A program made the position numbers and the translations under genes. A DNA stretch of 64,000 nucleotides, from positions 89,032,001 through 89,096,000 of the forward strand of contig OX597815.1 of NCBI GenBank assembly GCA_951406725.2. The letters are read 5' to 3'. The DNA is from Octopus vulgaris (lineage: Eukaryota). Of the stretch, positions 55,042-64,000 are shown piece by piece; position 1 is the first letter of the stretch; each line of letters opens with the position of its first letter. Under the pieces are notes generated by a model that had not been told where the DNA came from, searched no databases, and saw nothing but the letters and a program-made list of their open reading frames with translations.

Positions 55042-55527
55042 TAATTAAATATTACATAATTATCATCTAATATTTAATAGAATCATGGGTACAGTTTTTG
55101 CCATCTTTACAAGACATGTCATTACAAACGTCTGCGTAACTTGGTAGGTCTCTCATAAAGAATAAAAGTATGAAATACTTTAGATAACTGTAATTGTCAT
55201 TTCGCCTGTCATTTCGCAAAGCTGACGAGTAATGTTTTTCATTTCATGATTTGTTATGTTTCTAATACGTGCAACAACAATAAAGTCAAACGATTTGTTC
55301 ATTCGATTTGTCGTTTGGATTTTGAAATCATCAAACGGAAAGTAAGCTATATGAAGCATACAGTGTGGAAAAAGAAACACTGTAGTCGGAATAGTAAATT
55401 AAGTATAATCTCGGAGTGAGACATGTAGAACAAAAAGCAAACATAATGTAAATTTGTAGCCTATCTGCATATATAAATTGTAAACTCACACAAAGTCACA
55501 GGCACCTGTATGTGTATGTAAGAGTGA

Positions 55528-55565
<38 letters not shown>

Positions 55566-57414
55566 GAGAAAGAGAGAGAGAGTGAGAACGAGGGAGAGGA
55601 AAAGAGACCATTAATATCATCTATTAAAAATATCTATGGAGGGAACAGTCGAAAATACAGTGCACTGTTATTTAATTGCTCTGTTAACGTATTGAGTTTA
55701 ATCTCAACAGGCTAGTCTTTATTTTTTTATCCGTTCATAGTCGTTAATCAAATAGTTAGTCATGTTTGATCACAATTTCTTCCAAAATATATAATGTTGT
55801 ACTAAAACTAGAGGAGATCTTAAAACACATGCAACAGGATTTCTAGTACTACATTGTCTTTTGTGGAAAAATATTTTAAGTCGCTCAAATAGTTTTAACA
55901 TGGACGCAGTTCATTGATATCGAGTTCGACATGAATGGTAGTAATAATGTCCAAACTACAAGAAACTACCAACTACGCATTTTATATTTTAAAAGGTAAA
56001 CGTTTTTTGTTACTTTTGAGTTTTGCGTCCAAATTTTGTTATGAACCGGCACTGTCGCTCTTTCTCTTGAATTTTATTCTCCTTTAAATTTTATTCATTC
56101 ATAAAGAAAAGCGTCGACTTCTATTTTCATGGATAATCCTAGTGAGCTATTTTTTTTATTTTGTTAATTCACAGTATTACATATGTAAGATACTACCATA
56201 ATTGTAGTTTCTACACAAAATACAGTTCAAAGGCTATATCTCTCAGCCATATCACTATTTCAGTATCAATATCAGTGCTTCTGTTTCTGTATATATATTT
56301 ACGACCCTTAAGCCTGTGTACTGAGTATAATATGATTCACTAAAGAAGTCTACAAAAACTGAAACATGTCTCTTTTTTTCACTAGTTATTATTAAAGAAA
56401 ACATCTACACCTATCTCTGTTGCTTATGTTTTCCAAACGTGGCTGTTTTTAAATTTAAGAAATATTTAGAGGAATATTCTTTTGGCAAATGGTTGTACAT
56501 CGAAGTTTATCAATATACTATATTAAACATCTGATATACTACCATAATTGCATTTAGCACATGTATTTCTTCCATATTATTCATGATATAAACTATTACA
56601 TTTCGAACCCGTTTAAAGACTTTAAAGTGAACTCGACTTCAATGAGCTCGATGGTTGAAATAGTGTTAAAATTACAAGAAACCACTAACTAGAAGGTACA
56701 TTGATAATGGTTAACAATAACGATACACTGTGTTTTGAGATGCTGCCAAATTGGAATCTATACAACTTATAGAAACCTTCATTACGCTCAAACATTTCTT
56801 TAATTGCCACGATACCAATATTTTACGGCATCCTATTTTGATGAAGCGACTCATTTTCTCAGTTAGAGAATAATTGTCTTAGAAACATTTATGAACAGAA
56901 AATTACATTTGAAGAAAACCTCCCCGTGGTGATGGAATGAAATTATACTGTATTTATTATTTTTGAAGTTAAATAGTATTTAATTACCGTTTGCTGCCAA
57001 CAGTTTATTCTCCTCTTTTCGAACAGCGCCAATTTGAATGTGGGAAGCAACGTTTGTCATTGATTAGTTATAAGCATGATGTTACAATGATTATAGAAAT
57101 AGACAACATAGCTTTTTCAAGCCAAATACTGAAACGATTTTAGGGAAGTGGAAACACAATTATATAGTTGTATAAGTACAACGTGTATAAAAATATTATC
57201 ATGGTTTTTATGAAATCTGTTAATATGACTAATACTCTGTTATTAAACTGTGACACCGTAGTAATAAGTCTATAAACAAAACATAATTTTGAATCCGCTG
57301 CTCTTCCATATCATATATTTGAAATAACTTTTATAAGAAAAATTGTGTGATGTTCATTTCTTTTACTTGCAGAATCTTGAGGAATGAGTAATGGTCATTG
57401 TCTTTGTAGACTCT

Positions 57415-57950
57415 CGTAGACCGATGAGATTGATGCAATAATTATCCACATCAACCTTTTTGTAAATCAACACCTACAGGAAAGATATGAGTGAAGAAAG
57501 AATTCTCATTCTCACATGCTGATGTTCTGAGAATGGAAGTTTCGGTGGTGGATTGGTTAGTGCAGTACTTGTTCAGGGATTGTCGACAAGAGTAACAAGA
57601 GGAAGAGATAGATAAATGGACCAGAAATGACTCTATGAAGCTGGCCTGAACTCAACTAGCCCTGTGTAAGAGATAATTAAAGAAGTATTAGAGAAGACAG
57701 AAAGATGAAGAGGTGTGCCCAAGGGCCAGTCTCAAGCGTCTCTGTGAATCGTCGTTTTATGCTAATCAGAAGCGGGGTGGTTCATTTTTGGAAGCTTTCC
57801 AGAATGTCTGTTCGAGATACAATAGCCTGTCCTACGTACATGAGAGTAATAATTTATTGTGGGCCTCATTTGAGATTTTTAGAATCTAGGTTGTGCTTTT
57901 CCCTAGGAGGTCTTCGGTAAATCCAGTATTTAGAGGTAGTTGAGTGATGT
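57415..57950 (-). mobile_element. Old CR1/L2/Jockey-like LINE 3' end
   Basis: Minus strand reads, across frameshifts, LESFQK...ILRTSA...HIFPVGVDLQK...CINLIGL. Confidence 0.5.
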
Positions 57951-60900
57951 TCGTGATATTTCAAAATGCGAGGAATATATTCGTCTGGATATATTTTGAA
58001 CATGCATGTCGTTATATACACATAACCAATCTCCCATATTGTGTACAGATGGCTTTTCATATCAACTGGCTGTCAGGCTGCTTTAGCTCTGTTTTCTTAT
58101 TCCTCCCAGTTTTTTTATTAAAGATGAAGTAACAGAGGAAAAAGCAAATTCGGATGTTCTATAGAAGCTTGTTTATTGAATGGTTACAAAGGTTGGTTAG
58201 GCTTCTCTCGACGATGACTGCTTTTCCAACATGTTCCTGTTTTCAACTGAAAAATACATACCTAACAAAATAGTTTGCATTGAGCGCAGTCCCTCACGTA
58301 TGTTTAATCCAAGACTATAACAATTTTTTTGTCAACTATTAAGAGAAATACGGTGGTATAACAAAAGAAAAAGTTGGGTCTCATAATATGGAAGTAAAAA
58401 CGACGTTAACAAAGAAATGAGAGAGATTGTTGTGAATGGATGAATTTATTAAAAGAAACTGATCGAACATGGTGTAGAATAGACTACTTACTTGAGTGGT
58501 TTTTCCATTTCTCTGCAATGTATGTAGTCAATTGAATCAACGTCGGTACTGCATTGCATTATTTTATTGATCTAGAAAGCATTGGAAGATAACGCTTCCA
58601 GCAGTAGATCTCTAGCTGTGAACACAAATTTATGCCATAAAATACTCTAATGACCTTAGTCTGACATCATGAAGTTTCCTTAAAACGCATACTCATTAGA
58701 AGATAACGCAATTAACAACAGTTTTAAGATCAAAGATAAACTAAAATTTACTCATTACAGTACAGTAACATTATTATAAACGAAGAACATCTAAAGAATA
58801 CTAAAGTTTTTCTTAAAAGTTTTACTTAGTTTCAGATAAATGAGATTTACTAAAAGTACATCGTACTCATGTGAAAGTTCGTTTAGATTCACATCAAGAA
58901 AATCATGGACAATATTGAATTACAACGTTTACTAGTGTTTAGGCGACAGATATTTGGGAATTTCGGCAAAAACTTCAAAACTTCTAAACATAGATGAAAG
59001 TATTGTAGAATGGGACAAAATGATAAAAATAATATAGAAGCGTATATGTTGTTAATCAAATATCAATGCACATCAAAAACATTTTAGTTGATAGGTAGAG
59101 CTATTTCTTGTGTAAATTACGCAATACAAGTGTTTCTTTTTTTATCCGTGATAAACCAAACTGTCTCAATAATTTATTGTTTATAATAGTTGATTAGTCA
59201 TAATTACTCGTGAATCATAATATTTGAAAAATAAGTAGATTTAAAATGAGTGAAAAATAAAAAAAACAAGACAAAAAACAAAACAATTCTTCAGTCAATT
59301 CAATGTTAATCCTTTATAGATATAATAAAGGTATAACGAATTATATTCTAAATACAGAACCAGTTCATATAATTCGTTTCCTATATCCGATCGACATACT
59401 AAATTTAACCTACTTGTTACTGCTAAGAGGATGCAGATAGTTTCTTCCTGAGTATGTCATTCATATATCACTACACAACGAGGAATATCCAAGAAGATGA
59501 CTATCAGGAAAGTAAAGGATATCTACTCGAATTTCACAGCATATTCGTTTCCTTACCTTTCGAAATGAATCTGGATAATCTACTCGCTTATAAAGCGGTT
59601 TCTAGCATTGTAGTACCTTTCAAACCCTTACTCCACAAAACATGTGATTCTGCATTTGGTGTCACTTTCCCTTCTAAATTTACCTTATATACTCACTTAA
59701 CAAATTTCTTCCAAACTCTCCTTTAGCAATGAATTTGTCTAATTATTGTATTAAGACTTTCACCAAATGTTGTGGTCATTCCAACTGCAAAAATTGAACA
59801 GTAATGGCAGATTAATTGCAAATACCTTTAACAGGTTCTATCTCAAGGTTATGTTCTGACGAAACTAGATTATCTAAATGATAACAGTCGACAATGTGAT
59901 ACCAAATTTTATAAAATGAAATTAATTACTATGATGCATGCTGAAATATATTGTCTGTAAGATGAAAGTTTTAACTGTTTAGTTCATCGTCTGTCTGACA
60001 AATTTACTTATTTCTTGTAGAATGAGTGACTATATGGAAATATACTTGTTGGGTCTATCAACTTGAAAGTTTTCCCCCGACTCTCTTTGTAACAAATGTT
60101 AACATTTTACTGATATCAAATTATAATCCCGACTCGCACGTAGATGTCAACATCTTTAGCTGCATGATTTCTAGATATCTTTATTACTCAGTGTAGTCGC
60201 ATGATGATCAGCAGATTGAAAGTATGCTGTCAAATATCTATGCTATATGCAAGCGCTCATTCTGAAACCGGAGATACGCTCTGAGCAAGGGACGTAGAAT
60301 AACATAGCTGTAGAATAATTCAGAGATTTTAGATGATTCGACATCAAGCTGAAAATAGCTGCCACTTTTGGCAATTCTAACATCAATATATTTAAAGACT
60401 TTGCTGGTTTTATTCTGGCGTAACCTCAGAAGAAATCAAACATTAACCGAAATTCTGTTGCAATAAACATAAGGTTTAACTGCTGACAGTTCTATATATT
60501 AGCTTGCGTATTTTGCGTGTTAATGTGTAACCTGAGTTGGTATACTACGTATCTGAAACGCTGAAACATTTCCTGTATTTAACACATCGTAACGTTTCTT
60601 TCTGTGAACAGGAAATTTCCATCAGTTGGTAAGTGAAAAGCTTTCTTACATATATAAGATCGCAGAATGTGCAAAATTTCTGTTCAGCAATTTGTAATTA
60701 TTATAATTTCTTTGTAGGTGTGACAGCACACTTTTCTTTTGGGAGTTGCTAGATTGCAGTGGTGCAATTTTTAAAGGTGTTATAAAATTGCGCTATATCA
60801 GATTACCAACTAAGAGATCATGATTTTATACACATTGTAGACAGGTCATTCTGTATTTTAATGCAGCTCATATTTCAGCTTAATTATCTACAGTATTAAT

Positions 60901-61329
60901 ACCTCTTTCATATTCTTAGCTATATATTTTATATATTGGTAATCAGTTTCTTTAAAAGCAGTTTGGTCAAGTTTATATTGACCATGATTAAAGATGAGTA
61001 ACTATTGTATAAATGTTAGGCAATACAAACCACTTCAATAATATTTTTCTCCTCGCGAATAAATATGTATAAACAGGTTCACTCAAACCCCATGAATGGA
61101 ATAAACTTAAAATGCTCTAATTCTTAGTAGCTAATCAGTATAAACAATATTTTAATTTTTATGATTGGTGATACATTGAATAACGAATAATAAAATTAAA
61201 CACCACGTGTGCGTGCATGCAAACACACACACACACTCACACAAATGCACACACACACACACACTCATACAACAGCACATGCACGCACATACACACACAC
61301 ACGTGTGTGTATATGTGTATATAGGCATA

Positions 61330-61895
61330 TATTGGGTTGGCAGGGAAGTAATTCGTTTTTTCGCAAATAGAGTCAGGATTTTGTTAATGACTTTTGTCAA
61401 TGTTAGAATGTTTCCTTTTCATATTTGTTACTTTTAGCTTACTTTAGAAGCAAATTGCGCGTACGTTTGTTTACAACTGTTAGTTCGGTGTCAATTTTAA
61501 CATGGACTTCAAAAACGAACATTTTCGCCATACTTTGCTTTTTTATTTTCGTAAAGGCAAGAAAGCTGTCGAGGCTCACAAAGAGATATGTGAAGTTTAT
61601 GGTGTTGATTGTTTAACAAAGCGCACATGTCAGAAATGGTTTTAAAAATTCCATTCTGGAGATTTTTCGTTTAAAGTTGACCAACCTTCTAGTCGATCTA
61701 CTGAAGTTGATGACGACAGAATCAAAGACATAATTGAATCTGATAGTCATATAACTGTGCGAGAAATAGCAGAAAGGTAAAATGATGGCCCACATAACAA
61801 TTGAAAATCACTTAAAATGTCTTGGACTCATTAGGAATCTCGATATTTCGGTTTCACCTAAATTAAAAGAAATCCACTTAACACGACGAATCAAT
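61330..61895 (+). mobile_element. Mariner 5' half, mellifera-subfamily-like
   Basis: TIR TATTGGGTTGGC; ATG at 61502 MDFKNEHFRHTLLFYFRKGKKAVEAHKEICEVYG...WF*KFHSGDFS...EVDDDRIK. Confidence 0.9.
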
Positions 61896-62373
61896 AATGG
61901 TGGATGATTATCAAATGCTTTTTATATTCTTGTCCTTGTACATCTGGTAATAAATATATGTGAAGAATTACATATTAGAGTGTAAATTAATTTTATTTAA
62001 GAGATTACGTTCTTACTTCGTTCTCAACTAATTGTCTTCCATTCAAAACATACGATGATGTTCATGTAAATAGAAATACTTATCACTTCAATTTTCAATG
62101 TTTAAAAATATTTTTTCTGGGTGACAACAACAAAATCCACTAAGATAGAAAGTGTCCTACTTATTATATATAACTTACTAAGGAAGTGAGCTTGCAGACT
62201 TGTCAGTACGTCGAATAAAATGCTTATCGTTGTGTCGATAAAATAAGTGCCAGTTCAGCACTGCGCGTAATGGCATTAAAAACAGAGTGGTACTGAAACA
62301 ATTTTATCTGGTCATTAAAGACCTGCAAACTCTTTCTTTGTCTCCTTTTTGGGATTATATATTTATATATGTA

Positions 62374-62448
<75 letters not shown>

Positions 62449-62523
62449 GCATACATATATACATAACTTTATGCGTTGTTCATCTATAATTAAAGTGTGG
62501 GTTTTTAAGTGTTTGTACGTTTA

Positions 62524-62903
62524 TATCAATGCAGCGTAGTCAGACCCAGCAGGTGTGGCTACTGACTGTCCCTGTTCGAAGAATCTATTTATCTAGTTTC
62601 AGTGGAATACATCCACTTGTTTTCAATAATAGAAATATTAAAATTACTAAGTCTCTCTAAAGGAGATTACGGCAGCGTTACTGGAAATTAATAGTTATCG
62701 CCATACTTATATGGCAGTCTTATAAATATAAGACTAAAGCTGTCGCTGATTAGCTCTAAGAGGCCATCGCCTCAAGCTAGCTATTTGACGCACAACCTGC
62801 GTCCATTATAAACCTTCGAACAGGGGAGGTCAGTCGCTTCATCCTGCCAGTCAGACAGCTGCAGACATGTTTCAGGGTATTTGCCGTTTATCAATGCAGC
62901 GTA
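62524..62903 (-). repeat. 365-bp hammerhead-bearing unit, left (minus) copy, ~1.04 units
   Basis: TCAATGCAGCGTA at 62526 and 62891 (period 365); reverse complement of 62974-63420. Confidence 0.9.
62858..62900 (-). ncRNA. Minimal type I hammerhead, U3-A8 variant
   Basis: Reverse strand: GCTGCA TTGATAA ACGG caaata CCCT GAAAC AT GTC TGCAGC. Confidence 0.75.
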
Positions 62904-62973
62904 TACATGAACATATATAAACAGAAGATACAAATATTACGGGCATCCCCCCACATATACACACTAAATAAAC

Positions 62974-63415
62974 ATAAGTATGGCGATAACTATTAATTTC
63001 CAGTAATGCTGCCGTAATCTCCTTTAGAGAGACTTAGTAATTTTAATATTTCTATTATTGAAAACAAGTGGATGTATTCCACTGAAACTAGGTAAATAGA
63101 TTCTTCGAACAGGGACAGTCAGTAGCGACACCTGCTGGGACTGAATACGTTGCATTGATAAAGGGCAAATACCCTGAAACATGTCTGCAGCTGTCTGACT
63201 GGCAGGATGAAGCGACTGACCTCCCCTGTTCGAAGGTTTATAATGGACACAAGATGTGTGTCAAATAGCTAGCTTGAGGGGATGGCCTCTTAGAGCTAAT
63301 CAGCGACAGCTTTACTCTTATATTTATAAGACTGCCATATAAGTATGGCGATAACTATTAATTTCCAGTAACGCTGCCGTAATCCCCTTTAGAGAGACTT
63401 AGTAATTTTAATATT

Positions 63416-63420
<5 letters not shown>
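62974..63420 (+). repeat. 365-bp hammerhead-bearing unit, right (plus) copy, ~1.2 units
   Basis: AAGTATGGCGATAACTATTA at 62976 and 63341 (period 365). Confidence 0.9.
63149..63191 (+). ncRNA. Minimal type I hammerhead, U3-A8 variant, all stems intact
   Basis: GTTGCA TTGATAA AGGG caaata CCCT GAAAC AT GTC TGCAGC; predicted cut after C63185. Confidence 0.8.
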
Positions 63421-63448
<28 letters not shown>

Positions 63449-63840
63449 GTTATTTATTTCTATTAGTTTATTTATCTGTGTATTTATTATGTTTTCAGGA
63501 TCCTCTATCGTCATATGTGTGTTTTTTTCGATTCGATTTATTATTATTATTACTAGTATTGTTGTTATACATACATACAAGCATATGTAATGATAATAAT
63601 AAGTGGATGTAAACACATGAACAAAATAAGAATAAACAAAAACAACAAAAACAAAATACAAATTACATGAACATATATAAACAGAAGATTACAGGCATTA
63701 CAGGCATCCCCCCACATACATACACTAAATAAACATAGACGCACATAGAGATATAAGCATGCGCAAATGAAGACACAATAGAAATACAAAATGACTGACG
63801 GTTAGTAAGGAGAGACACAAATAAGAAAGAAGAAAACAAA

Positions 63841-63885
63841 GGACCACTGATGCGGTCACAGGAGTGTGACGAAAGAACTCTGGCC
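63841..63885 (+). ncRNA. Minimal type I hammerhead-like motif (A9C, CUC site)
   Basis: GGACCA CTGATGC G GTCACA ggag TGTGAC GAAAG AA CTC TGGCC. Confidence 0.6.
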
Positions 63886-64000
63886 GAAATAAGATTAAGA
63901 TTAATGTAAAAAATAAATAGCACTGAAGCAAAATAACACCAAATATATAGTGCGTGTGTTTTTATTGGCTAAACTGGCAATATGACCATTCCGAAATATA

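Noticed and set aside
57365-57475. Apparent minus-strand exon (ctgtag acceptor, VLIYKKVDVDNYCINLIGL..., gt donor)
   Set aside because: It is contiguous with decayed LINE C-terminal sequence and better explained as the LINE 3' end
60198-60288. C/D box snoRNA candidate (ATGATGA...CTGA)
   Set aside because: No terminal stem or recognisable rRNA guide; these boxes occur by chance

Overview
AT-rich, gene-free, repeat-dominated animal DNA. The SINE families, microsatellite load and LINE content point to a cephalopod, probably Octopus (inference). I found no host exon I can support. The window holds nested retroelements: an RTE LINE inside a CR1/L2-like LINE, a TSD-flanked full-length Tx1/L1 element inside a mariner, and a pile-up of at least six Dong/R4 (RT plus restriction-like endonuclease) pieces in (TAA)n, one with a 785-aa ORF. 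It also holds Penelope-like (GIY-YIG) fragments, several mariner copies and many tRNA-derived SINEs. The most striking signal is RNA structure: about nine type I hammerhead-ribozyme motifs from several sequence-unrelated contexts, nearly all with a very short (near-)palindromic stem III. The best is a non-coding, highly base-paired 365-bp unit at 62.5-63.4 kb, present as two inverted, greater-than-unit-length copies. Its hammerhead has a compensatory U3-A8 core and sits at the tip of a ~50-bp hairpin, making it a candidate retrozyme/circRNA-type or Penelope pseudo-LTR element. All folds were done by eye; none was computed or tested.
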